DNA of 64,000 nt, from NCBI GenBank assembly GCA_051531975.1, contig JAOPTT010000013.1, positions 96,001 through 160,000 on the forward strand. The letters run 5' to 3'. The stretch is from Spirochaetaceae bacterium. GTDB taxonomy: Bacteria; Spirochaetota; Spirochaetia; DSM-2461. The position numbers and the translations under genes were made by a program. The notes below the pieces were generated by a model. The model did no database searches. It was given only the letters and a program-made list of their open reading frames with translations, and had not been told where the DNA came from. Below, in pieces: positions 32,149 to 41,707 of this stretch (the stretch's first letter is position 1; each line of letters begins with the position of its first letter).

Positions 32149-33573
32149 TTATTTTGGCCTATTGTATTTCTCTTGTGAATAGTCACTTTTTAAATCATCT
32201 ACATAAGATCTTACTGAAAAGTAATAAATCTTATTAGATTGTAAGTTTTTTATAGTGTATGATGTATTTTTTCCAACATCAATCATTTCTATATAATTAT
32301 TACTCTTTAACCCTAAATATATTGTATAACCATCTATATTTGAATGTTTCACAGGATTCCATAATAATTTTATGCCGTTTTTCTCTGGTATTGATGTAAG
32401 ACCTAGAGGTCTTGGTGGCTTAGGAATAGTATCCCAATAAATATTTATATTTTCTAAAAGTGGAGATACAGAGTTACTACCATCACCATACATCTCTCCT
32501 TTTATCTGAATATAACGTGCTTTTGTTCCACGCTTTAATGTATCTGGTGAGATCCAACTAATATTTGCATTTGTTTTAAGAAATGGAGTATCAGAAATTC
32601 TTAATTTATATTTAATTGTTGTCTCTGGCGCTAAAATTTCTTGGAATTGAATATCGTCTATAATTACCTTGGTTCCATTAATGTCTAAAACAGGTGTTGA
32701 AAAAGTTCCAAGAGGTTTATATTTTGAAAGTTGTATATTTTCAATGAATTTTTCTGATATTCTAAATTCATCGATAAACCCATTAAATCTTTCACCAATA
32801 TAAAGATCCGATTTTGAAAAATTTCCAACAAAAGGTGGGTATACTGTCATATCTTCTTTTTGGGTTTTTGATGTATGTTTTATATCTTCAGGAACTCCAT
32901 TTATTAGATATTCTAACATTCCACTATCACTTTTATATCGAATTAAATGATGTGACCATCTTTTAGGAATTAGCCGACTTTTACTTTGTAGTTTTATTGA
33001 GTATTTACTAAAGTCATCTGGGACAAAAAAGTTTGAAAAATCCCATATTGCTTTTCTGTCTTCAAAATAAAATTTAATTTTTTGTGGAATAAACTCATCG
33101 TCTATTTTATTTACTCCCTTCCATGAGAAAATAGTTGTATCTTCAGTAATTAACGTAGGGTAAACCCAAAATTCAATAGTAAAGTCTGATAAAACTCTTC
33201 CGGGACTAAATAGAGAGTCTCCAAGTGATGAAAAAATTATTCCTCTATTTTCCAAAAAATATGAGCTTGCATTCCCAAGTTTCTTTTTTACATTAGTAAT
33301 ATTATGATAGTGGGATTTTATTTTATAGTTACCCATTTCTTCTGTAAAAAGATCACTGTTAAAGTGCACTAAAAAGTCAGTTTCGGGAGTCCTTTCGTAT
33401 TCGTAAGGGCTCATTTCTAAAAATGTTTTACCTCTTTCTCCTTTTACAACTTCTAAGTAATCAAGTGTAAAACCAGTAAAGTTCGTATTATCTCCAATAA
33501 CTGTGGTAGATTCAGAGAATAGAGAAATTGTAAAAAATAGTAAATTTATCAGTAATGTAAGTTTTTTTTTCAT
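32149..33573 (-). CDS. Exported LamG-like jellyroll + fibronectin type III protein
   Basis: Signal peptide; FTIEFW, WSHH, FNGFIDEFRIS; C-terminal FN3 (L.W, Y.I, L.....Y.F.V). Confidence 0.75.
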   Translation of the reverse strand: MKKKLTLLINLLFFTISLFSESTTVIGDNTNFTGFTLDYLEVVKGERGKTFLEMSPYEYERTPETDFLVHFNSDLFTEEMGNYKIKSHYHNITNVKKKLGNASSYFLENRGIIFSSLGDSLFSPGRVLSDFTIEFWVYPTLITEDTTIFSWKGVNKIDDEFIPQKIKFYFEDRKAIWDFSNFFVPDDFSKYSIKLQSKSRLIPKRWSHHLIRYKSDSGMLEYLINGVPEDIKHTSKTQKEDMTVYPPFVGNFSKSDLYIGERFNGFIDEFRISEKFIENIQLSKYKPLGTFSTPVLDINGTKVIIDDIQFQEILAPETTIKYKLRISDTPFLKTNANISWISPDTLKRGTKARYIQIKGEMYGDGSNSVSPLLENINIYWDTIPKPPRPLGLTSIPEKNGIKLLWNPVKHSNIDGYTIYLGLKSNNYIEMIDVGKNTSYTIKNLQSNKIYYFSVRSYVDDLKSDYSQEKYNRPK

Positions 33574-33599
33574 AGCTTCTAAGATATTATCGGAGGTAG

Positions 33600-35396
33600 A
33601 TGAAAAATAATAAAGAAATCATTGAAAAACTAAAAGAATTGGTGAAAGATTTTCCATTATCTCCTGGTGTTTATATAATGCGGGATAATAAAAATGATGT
33701 TATTTATGTTGGGAAAGCCAAAAAACTAGTAAAAAGAGTCATTTCATATTTTAATAGTGGTAGAGATATAAAAACTACTTTATTAATGAAAAATGTCTTT
33801 TCAATTGACTATACAGTTACTGATACTGAATACGAAGCTCTCTTATTAGAAAACAATTTAATAAAAAAATGGAATCCAAAATATAATATAAGCTTAAAAG
33901 ATGGAAAATCTTATGGGGTAATAGCTATAACTAAAGAAGAATTCCCAAGGGTTTTTAAAACCAGAAATATTGCTAATAAAAACAATTTTTATTATGGACC
34001 ATTCCCTGATACTAGAGATATTCAACATTATATGGATCTTTTTAAAAAGCTTTACCCACTAAGAACTTGTAAAGGACGGCTTAAACAAAGAGAAAAGCCG
34101 TGTTTAATGTTCCATATTAAAAAGTGTGATGGACCTTGTATTAAACTAGAGAGCAAAGAAGATTATAACATAAAAATACAATCTATAAAAAAAATTCTTT
34201 CTGGAAATATATCTGAAGTTGTTGCTAATTTAAATAAAGAGATGCAGCAATATTCAGAATCTTTGGAATTCGAAAAAGCAGTCGAAGTTAGAGATTTACT
34301 AATTGCTCTTACTAAATTAAAAGACAAACAAAAAATTGTGGATTTTAGTGGAGATGTTAAAGATTTTATAGGGTTTTATACCAGTGGGGATAAATATGTC
34401 TTTGTAGTTATGAAAATGAGAGAGGGATTCATGGTAGATAAATCTCATTATTATACAACATTTATAGGCAGTGATAGAGAAGCGTTGTTACAATTTGTAA
34501 TTCAGTATTATTCTAAAACTTCGATTTACCCTGAAACAGTTTATTTACAAGATGAGTGTGATACTGAATCCCTGGAAATATTTTTCAAAGAGTTGTCTAC
34601 AAAACGAATATATATTAAGAAACCCGAAAAAGGTAAATATCTAAGTACAATTAATCTTGCAAAAGAAAATGCAAGGATGGAGTTTGAAAAGAGGATAAGA
34701 AGGGATGGTGACTTTGATGGATTGTATGCTTTAAAAAAAGCATTGAATCTAAGTGTATTACCACAGCGAATTGAAGGTTTTGATATCGCACAGCTCGATG
34801 GACATTTTACTGTTTCGTCTCTTGTTTCATTTTTTAATGGTGTACCAGATAAAAAAAATTATAAAAGATTTAAAATGAAGAGTTTAAACGGTCAAATTGA
34901 CGACTTTAAAGCTATTAGTGAAGCTGTTGCTCGTAGGTATACAAGGGTTATCAATGATAACTTAGATAAACCTGATTTGATATTAATTGATGGTGGAAAG
35001 GGTCAAGTTTCGGCAGCACAATCAATATTGGATACATTAGGTTTAGATATTCCATTAGCCGGTATAGCAAAAAAATTCGAATATGTTTATGTTCCAGGTA
35101 ATTCAGACCCAATTATATTAGATGAAGGAAGCCCTGGGTTGAGAGTTTTACAATCAATTAGAGATGAGACACATAGATTTGCTACTGATTATAATAAGTT
35201 ATTAAGAAAGAAAAAATTATCGCTGTCATCACTGGAAAGTGTTCCAGGTATTGGTCCAAAAAGAGCAAAAAAAATGTTACAGACATTTGGTGGATTAGAC
35301 AGTATAAAGAATTCATCACCTAAAGAGATATCAAATAAAGGATCTATTAATATTGATGTTGCAGAGACGATATATGAGTACTTAAATAAAAAATAA
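33600..35396 (+). CDS. uvrC: Excinuclease ABC subunit C
   Basis: GIY-YIG (PGVY, IYVGKA), RIEGFDI, IDGGKGQ, RDETHRFA, HhH. Confidence 0.97.
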   Translation: MKNNKEIIEKLKELVKDFPLSPGVYIMRDNKNDVIYVGKAKKLVKRVISYFNSGRDIKTTLLMKNVFSIDYTVTDTEYEALLLENNLIKKWNPKYNISLKDGKSYGVIAITKEEFPRVFKTRNIANKNNFYYGPFPDTRDIQHYMDLFKKLYPLRTCKGRLKQREKPCLMFHIKKCDGPCIKLESKEDYNIKIQSIKKILSGNISEVVANLNKEMQQYSESLEFEKAVEVRDLLIALTKLKDKQKIVDFSGDVKDFIGFYTSGDKYVFVVMKMREGFMVDKSHYYTTFIGSDREALLQFVIQYYSKTSIYPETVYLQDECDTESLEIFFKELSTKRIYIKKPEKGKYLSTINLAKENARMEFEKRIRRDGDFDGLYALKKALNLSVLPQRIEGFDIAQLDGHFTVSSLVSFFNGVPDKKNYKRFKMKSLNGQIDDFKAISEAVARRYTRVINDNLDKPDLILIDGGKGQVSAAQSILDTLGLDIPLAGIAKKFEYVYVPGNSDPIILDEGSPGLRVLQSIRDETHRFATDYNKLLRKKKLSLSSLESVPGIGPKRAKKMLQTFGGLDSIKNSSPKEISNKGSINIDVAETIYEYLNKK

Positions 35397-35397
35397 C

Positions 35398-36366
35398 TTA
35401 TGAAACTTTAACCACGCATTTATATATTAAAATTTCAATTATAACTTTTTGCATTTCTGTTTTTGCATTCCTTAACATAAAGTCGTGTTCACTTAATATA
35501 AGTATAATTTTTTGTAACTCATTTATTGTGTAGTTACCTAGTGCCGTTTGATAACTCTGTTGGTTCTTTTTTCCTCTTATTCCTTGTTTTAGCATGGCTT
35601 CTTGAAGTTGAACCCTTTGAGAAATCATCGTCTTTAGGTTTAATAAACGTTTAAATTGCCATAAAAGTCCATTTACTATAGCTATTGGTGTATTGTCCGA
35701 AGATAGTGATAGTTTTGTATTTATTTCTAATGTCGCTTCTAAATCTTTTGTACACATTTTCTCAAAAAGAGTAAAAACATTTTCTTCTCTACTATGATAT
35801 AGATAAGTATCAATATCATCTTCTGATATAACTTTCCCTTTATCAAAAAAGAATGACATTTTTTCACATGCAATTTTTAGTTCTTGCGTATTGTTTTCTA
35901 CCATTTCTAAAAGGTGCTCAATTGCATTAGGTGTAATTTTTTGTTCAAAAGATGTGAAATATGAAGAGATCCAGCTTTTTTTCTGATTTTCAAACATTTC
36001 CCAAAAAATTACTTTATTTGATTTAGGTATTACCTTTTCAATTTTTTTATCAATTCCATTGCTTGAAGATCTTAAAATTAATGTATTACCTTTTACTGGC
36101 TTTTTACAAATCTCAATTATAAGTTCTACATCAGCCTTTTTTTTAATATCTTCAGCATTATTGATTATTATAAATTTATGATTTGAAAAAAGAGATCCAT
36201 TTTTCATTAAAGATACAATTTCTGAAACCTTTTTTTCAAAAGGATAAAAGATATGTTTTTCTGGTTGTTCTCCAAGAGTTTTTGTAAGTGATCTCTCTAT
36301 TTTTTCTATTTCAGATTTTTTTTTACCTTCTTCTGGCCCTAAAAATAGATATACGTTATCAATCAT
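35398..36366 (-). CDS. holA: DNA polymerase III subunit delta
   Basis: VYLFLGPEEG, SLFS, clamp-loader delta size and pattern. Confidence 0.88.
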   Translation of the reverse strand: MIDNVYLFLGPEEGKKKSEIEKIERSLTKTLGEQPEKHIFYPFEKKVSEIVSLMKNGSLFSNHKFIIINNAEDIKKKADVELIIEICKKPVKGNTLILRSSSNGIDKKIEKVIPKSNKVIFWEMFENQKKSWISSYFTSFEQKITPNAIEHLLEMVENNTQELKIACEKMSFFFDKGKVISEDDIDTYLYHSREENVFTLFEKMCTKDLEATLEINTKLSLSSDNTPIAIVNGLLWQFKRLLNLKTMISQRVQLQEAMLKQGIRGKKNQQSYQTALGNYTINELQKIILILSEHDFMLRNAKTEMQKVIIEILIYKCVVKVS

Positions 36367-36955
36367 AAGTTCTAACTATAGTCACAAGTTTTCCTAGAAT
36401 AGATACATTTTGTGTATAAATTGGTGTGTAATTGTCATTTTCTGCTTTTAGTTGAATTCTATTACTTTCTTTGTAAAACCTTTTTAAAGTAACAGAATCA
36501 TCTATAATTGCTGCTACAATAGTTCCATTATTTACACTGTTTTGCTGTTTGAATACAGCAATGTCCCCGGGAAGAATTCCAGCATTAATCATGCTGTCTC
36601 CTGTAACAGTAAGGGCAAAATGGTCTCCAGTTTTAAGAAGATCTTTAGAAATCGTTATATAGCGTTCAAAGTTTTCTTCTACTAATATTGGCCCACCTGC
36701 AGCAATTTTGCCTAAAACAGGTATGGAAAGAGAATGTTCTTCTTTATCATTTACTATTCCTATTGATCTAGAAGTATTGTTGTTGCAGGTTATGACACTC
36801 TTTTTTTCTAGTGCTTTTATATGATCATATGCACCTTTTACTGAGATATTAAAATGAGTTGCGACTTCTCGAATCGCTGGGGGATATTTATTTTCATTAA
36901 TGAAGTCTTTTAAATAATCCAAAATTTGTGTTTGACGTGCCGTTAAACCTTTCAT
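36359..36955 (-). CDS. lexA: SOS repressor LexA
   Basis: LTARQ..IL, YPP..RE wHTH, IAAG cleavage site, GDSM Ser, TLKR Lys. Confidence 0.95.
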   Translation of the reverse strand: MKGLTARQTQILDYLKDFINENKYPPAIREVATHFNISVKGAYDHIKALEKKSVITCNNNTSRSIGIVNDKEEHSLSIPVLGKIAAGGPILVEENFERYITISKDLLKTGDHFALTVTGDSMINAGILPGDIAVFKQQNSVNNGTIVAAIIDDSVTLKRFYKESNRIQLKAENDNYTPIYTQNVSILGKLVTIVRTYD

Positions 36956-38307
36956 TTTTCTATTTCAATCCCATATTTCTTGATTTTATTGTGTAGATTA
37001 CTCGGGTATATACCAAGTAATCCGGCAGCTTTTGTAATGTTACCATTAGATTCTTTTAGTTTACTATATATTAACTTCTTTTCAAACTCATCTTTGGCTT
37101 TAGATAGAGGTAAATTTAAGAATTCCTCCATTATTTTATCCTCTGAGGTAAATTCCGATACAGTATTTATGAAATCTTCCAAATTTATTATATCTGTATC
37201 ATTAATAATACAGATTCTCTCTATGAAGTTTTTAAGTTCTCTGACATTGCCTGGCCAGTTGTGTTTCTCTAATAAATAAAAAGAGTCTTTTGGTATAATT
37301 TTATTACTAGAGTTTTCTTTATTATATTTTTGAAGAAAATGATCTGCTAAAATAGGAATATCACCTTTTCTTTGGTTAAGAGGTGGAATCTCGATTGGAA
37401 TTACTCCTAATCTAAAATATAAATCCTCTCTAAAAGTTCCATTTTTAATTTCTTCTTTTATATTTTTATTTGTAGCACTGATAATTCTAATATCTACATC
37501 GATTATTTTATCACTACCAACTCTATGAAATTTTTGTTCTTGTATTGCTCGTAATACTTTGGCTTGTGCGGTTGGGCTCATATCTGCAATTTCATCTAGA
37601 AATAGAGTTCCTCCATTAGCTGTTTCAAACTTACCTTTTCTGGTCTCAATAGCACCTGTAAAAGCTCCTTTCTCATGTCCAAAAAGCTCCGATTCTATTA
37701 GGTTTTCAGGTATAGCGGCACAATTTACCTCAATGAAAGGTTTGTCCTTTCTAAGACTGTTTTTATAAATCTCATTAGCGATAACTTCTTTTCCTGTACC
37801 ATTGTCTCCTAACAGCATAACTCTAGAATCTGAATTCGATATCTGCTTAATAAGTTCTTTTATAGATCTTATTTTTTCACTCTCACCTATTAAGCTACTC
37901 CCTGCAACAGATGTTTCTTTTATTAAGTTCTTATCTGTGTTTTTTTTATATTTATTTATGGCTTTTTTTGAAAGAGATAAAATTCTATTTAAATCTAGGG
38001 GTTTTTCAATGCAATCAAATGCACCTTCTTTAATAGCTTGAACTGCAATATCCACATTAGCATGACCAGAAATTATGATTACTTCAGGAGAATTTAGTTC
38101 CTGCTTTATTTTTTTTAGCAAGTCCATTCCACTAATTTTAGGTAGCCAAAGATCAAGAAATATTAATGAAATCTCATTGTTTTGTAATATTTCGAATCCT
38201 TCTTCTCCACTTTCTGAGGTATAAGTGGAATATCCTTCATCCTCTAAAATAGAGGCTAAGATTTCTCTAATTGGTTCCTCATCGTCGATTATTAAAACCT
38301 TGTTCAT
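36952..38307 (-). CDS. Sigma54-dependent response regulator (NtrX/NtrC-like)
   Basis: REC, GDNGTGKE, intact GAFTGA, FREDLYFRL, WPGNVREL, Fis-type HTH. Confidence 0.93.
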   Translation of the reverse strand: MNKVLIIDDEEPIREILASILEDEGYSTYTSESGEEGFEILQNNEISLIFLDLWLPKISGMDLLKKIKQELNSPEVIIISGHANVDIAVQAIKEGAFDCIEKPLDLNRILSLSKKAINKYKKNTDKNLIKETSVAGSSLIGESEKIRSIKELIKQISNSDSRVMLLGDNGTGKEVIANEIYKNSLRKDKPFIEVNCAAIPENLIESELFGHEKGAFTGAIETRKGKFETANGGTLFLDEIADMSPTAQAKVLRAIQEQKFHRVGSDKIIDVDIRIISATNKNIKEEIKNGTFREDLYFRLGVIPIEIPPLNQRKGDIPILADHFLQKYNKENSSNKIIPKDSFYLLEKHNWPGNVRELKNFIERICIINDTDIINLEDFINTVSEFTSEDKIMEEFLNLPLSKAKDEFEKKLIYSKLKESNGNITKAAGLLGIYPSNLHNKIKKYGIEIEK

Positions 38308-40055
38308 AGTACCTCTTTTGGAAACTCAAAATAAAATGTTGTTCCTATCTCTTCTGCACTTTCAATCCATATTTTACCTTTATGGTCTAATATTATCTTG
38401 TTTACAATTGCAAGACCTAAGCCTGACCCATTGTACTTGGTAGTAAAATATGGTTTAAATAAATTTGGTATTATTTCTTTAGGTATTCCGTGGCCATTAT
38501 CTTTAATACTAATCCTACAAAATTTAATTCCTTTTTTATGAACAGTTTCAGAAGAGTAAATTATTAAACCGTTATCTTCTAAGGCATGTATACTATTAAT
38601 TGTTAAATTTGATATAACTTGGATCATTTGACTCTTATCAATTTCTACTTCAATGTTCTCAACAGCTTGTAGATCAAATTCTATATTTGGGTAAATTCCC
38701 TTATATATATTTAGGCTTTCATTTATTGTGTCTAATATTGATACTCTACTTATTTTTAGATTTGGAAATCGTGCAAAATCTCTAAACTCATTTAAGAGTT
38801 TTTCCATTCTAGTTACTTCATTTATAATTGTCTGCATATATTTTGTTAATATTTTATTTGTATTGTCTACATTATTCTCTTTTAAAAGAACCATCTGAGC
38901 AGATAACTTTATCGGAGTTAAAGGGTTTCGAATCTCATGAGCTAATCGTGTAGCAATATCTTGCCATGTAGATATTTGTTCTGTATGTTTTAACTTCGAT
39001 CTTGATCTTTCAACTTCCTTTATCATGTTATTAAAGGAACTTATTAAAATGTTAAACTCATTTTTTTTCTTTGATAATATTCTATATGAGTAATTTCCAT
39101 GAGCAACTTTCTCAATTGCTTCTTCAATATCAGTTAGAGGTTTAATTATTTCATCAGAAAAAATAAAACATCCTAATATAGCTAATAGAAATAGTGGTAT
39201 TGAAAAGAATGCATAGTATATTAACATTCCAAAAGAGATCTCTTTTCTTTGCGAACTCTGTTTATTAAGTGAGTTTTTTACTGTAGTAAGTAAAGAACCA
39301 TTTTTTGAAAAATCTTTTGGTAGTTTATTTGTAATAATAATAACTATTGGTTCATTGTTAATGTCTATTTTGAATTGATATAGTAGAACCTCTCTATTAT
39401 CTATTAGATATTTGGGATAGAAATAGTTGTCTTTTTTTATTTTTATTAAGTCGTTTAGTGATTTTGTATTACCAATATATTTAATACTATTTCCAGTAAT
39501 ATTAAAAAATTCTACTGAAGATATTAGAGAATTTAAGGAATTCAAATCTTCTATTGAAATTTCATCTTCTATAAATGATTGTTTTAATACTGATAAAAAA
39601 AGGTTACTAGTACTTAATTTTTCTATTTCAATTCGTCTTTTATTTTCTATTTCTAAAGCCATATTAAATGCTACATCTATCGATTTTGTGACTTTCTTAT
39701 TAAGCCAATTATTTGTTGAAGCTTGAATAAAATTCACTGAGATAAATGTTTGTGGGATTATGACTAATGATATTGTTAATATAAAATAATAAATGATATT
39801 TTTCTTAAAATTATTACCAGGTTTAAACTTGCTTTTGAATAATTTATAGAACTGAATAGTAATAAGAATAACTAAAGAGCCTGGAATAACAATTGCAAAA
39901 CTTGATATTACAATTGTTGATAAATCATTAGTATTTTGAAAATCTTTTATAATTGAGTCAGAAAAGAATAAGAATAGACTCATAAGTATTATATCTAATA
40001 TTACAATACTTATAATGGTTGTTTTGGTATTGTTTGAACCTTTTCTGGCTTTCAT
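38304..40055 (-). CDS. HAMP-domain sensor histidine kinase (NtrY-like)
   Basis: Several TMs, HAMP, WQDIATRLAHEIRNPLTPIKLSA, GSGLGL. Confidence 0.9.
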   Translation of the reverse strand: MKARKGSNNTKTTIISIVILDIILMSLFLFFSDSIIKDFQNTNDLSTIVISSFAIVIPGSLVILITIQFYKLFKSKFKPGNNFKKNIIYYFILTISLVIIPQTFISVNFIQASTNNWLNKKVTKSIDVAFNMALEIENKRRIEIEKLSTSNLFLSVLKQSFIEDEISIEDLNSLNSLISSVEFFNITGNSIKYIGNTKSLNDLIKIKKDNYFYPKYLIDNREVLLYQFKIDINNEPIVIIITNKLPKDFSKNGSLLTTVKNSLNKQSSQRKEISFGMLIYYAFFSIPLFLLAILGCFIFSDEIIKPLTDIEEAIEKVAHGNYSYRILSKKKNEFNILISSFNNMIKEVERSRSKLKHTEQISTWQDIATRLAHEIRNPLTPIKLSAQMVLLKENNVDNTNKILTKYMQTIINEVTRMEKLLNEFRDFARFPNLKISRVSILDTINESLNIYKGIYPNIEFDLQAVENIEVEIDKSQMIQVISNLTINSIHALEDNGLIIYSSETVHKKGIKFCRISIKDNGHGIPKEIIPNLFKPYFTTKYNGSGLGLAIVNKIILDHKGKIWIESAEEIGTTFYFEFPKEVL

Positions 40056-40056
40056 C

Positions 40057-40320
40057 TTACTCTTCGAATTTATTGTCTATTAGATTAATTAATGCCTCTA
40101 CTGCTTCTTTTTCATCATCTCCATCTGCAATAACTTTAATTTCAGAATTATAAGTTCCACCTAAAGTTAGTATACATAAGATTGACTTAGCATTTATTTT
40201 TTCAGTACCTTTTTCTATATATACATTTGATTTAAACTTTGATGCTTCTTTTACAATTAGAGTTGCTGGTCGAGCATGTATACCTGCTCTATTTTTTATA
40301 GTTGTAATTTTCTCTATCAT
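40057..40320 (-). CDS. ptsH: Phosphocarrier protein HPr
   Basis: GIHARPA (His15), NAKSI (Ser46). Confidence 0.96.
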   Translation of the reverse strand: MIEKITTIKNRAGIHARPATLIVKEASKFKSNVYIEKGTEKINAKSILCILTLGGTYNSEIKVIADGDDEKEAVEALINLIDNKFEE

Positions 40321-40326
40321 CTTATC

Positions 40327-41304
40327 TTAATTAAACCTATTATCCATATATTTCGTCCGAACATTTTCATGTTCTAACCACTGTATTATGTTCTTGTTAA
40401 ACTCTCCAGAACTATTATGCCCACTATGCTTAAGCCTCTGATTTAAAGCAGCAGCTTCAATTATCGTAGGAATATTTCTACCTGGTTTAACAGGAATTTC
40501 CAATAAAGGAATATGAACTCCTAAAATTTCATATTTCTCATCTCTACCAATTCTATCATAGCTTTTAGAAGAATTCCACTCTTCTAGTTTAACTACTAAT
40601 TGCACTCTTTTTGTTTTCATTATAGCACGGATTCCAAATAGTTCCTTAATATTAATTATACCTAAACCTCTTATTTCCATATGGTGATTTAAAACTTCTG
40701 TTGAACTTCGCCCCATAAGAACATTTCCGTTACTACATGTTATTTCTACGGAGTCATCAACAATTAGTTTATGGCCTTTTTCTATTAGTGCTAGAGCTGT
40801 TTCACTTTTTCCAACACCACTTGCACCTAATAAAAGAACCCCTAGCCCTGAAACCTCTACAAATACACCATGAATTATTCTTTGAGGGGAAAACATATCA
40901 AGCAAAGCTCTTACTAATCTTGGCATGAAATCAGCTGAGCTTAAAGTTGTTTGCAGTATAGGACAGTTCTGTTTTCTTGCTATCTCTAGAAATGGTTCCG
41001 GAGGAATTATTCCGTGGGTAATAACACAACAGGGAATATTATATGAAAAAAAGTTTTGTATATTTTCAACACTGTTTTCGTTGCATAATTTGTTTATATA
41101 CGCATTTTCACTTTTTCCTAATAATTGAACTCTTTCACCATCAAACTCATCAGTAAAACCGGTAAGAACCAATCCAGGCCTGCTAATATCCGGGGTGACA
41201 ATTTTTCTACCTAATCCACTTCTGCCTGAGAGACATTTTAGGTTGAGTCTGTTTTGATCTTTTAAGTTTAGATCTAATAGATCTAATATTGTAAACTGTT
41301 TCAT
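40327..41304 (-). CDS. hprK: HPr kinase/phosphorylase
   Basis: SRPGL, GASGVGKSE, VDD, MEIRGLGII, PVKPGRN. Confidence 0.96.
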   Translation of the reverse strand: MKQFTILDLLDLNLKDQNRLNLKCLSGRSGLGRKIVTPDISRPGLVLTGFTDEFDGERVQLLGKSENAYINKLCNENSVENIQNFFSYNIPCCVITHGIIPPEPFLEIARKQNCPILQTTLSSADFMPRLVRALLDMFSPQRIIHGVFVEVSGLGVLLLGASGVGKSETALALIEKGHKLIVDDSVEITCSNGNVLMGRSSTEVLNHHMEIRGLGIINIKELFGIRAIMKTKRVQLVVKLEEWNSSKSYDRIGRDEKYEILGVHIPLLEIPVKPGRNIPTIIEAAALNQRLKHSGHNSSGEFNKNIIQWLEHENVRTKYMDNRFN

Positions 41305-41322
41305 TTCAGTACCTTTATAAAG

Positions 41323-41350
41323 AAAAAAAGGAGAGTAGTTAACTCTCCTT
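41323..41350 (-). terminator. Terminator after hpf
   Basis: AAGGAGAGT-N5-ACTCTCCTT with a T run on the minus strand. Confidence 0.75.
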
Positions 41351-41368
41351 AATACTAATTAAATTATA

Positions 41369-41659
41369 TTAGTGAGTTTGAACTTTGTCTTTTTCTTTTG
41401 TTGCCTTTACTTCAATTTTATCAAAAAGGTCATCAATTCCTTGATATAAATTATCATCATGTAATTCTACATGTGCAGTTTTTCCCCAATTGAAGTGAAT
41501 ATCAGCTTCAATTTTGTAATCTTTAGAATCCTTCACTATTGTAAAATAGAAATGTACAATATGATCTTTTACGTAATCAAGTCGAGATAATTTTTTCTCG
41601 ATATTTTCTCTTAATGTGCTACTTATGCTGTAATGAACTCCTCTAATTTGTACTTCCAT
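41369..41659 (-). CDS. hpf: Ribosome hibernation promoting factor (short HPF/RaiA)
   Basis: 96 aa, S30AE pattern (LYQGID.LFDK); directly after rpoN; GGAGG SD. Confidence 0.9.
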   Translation of the reverse strand: MEVQIRGVHYSISSTLRENIEKKLSRLDYVKDHIVHFYFTIVKDSKDYKIEADIHFNWGKTAHVELHDDNLYQGIDDLFDKIEVKATKEKDKVQTH

Positions 41660-41707
41660 ACAACACCTCCATATATATTTTTTTTATATTAAACTACTTA
41701 TAGTAGT

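Noticed and set aside
32524..32539. Third parS (TGTTCCACG...)
   Set aside because: Only the left half matches; the right arm is CTTTAAT
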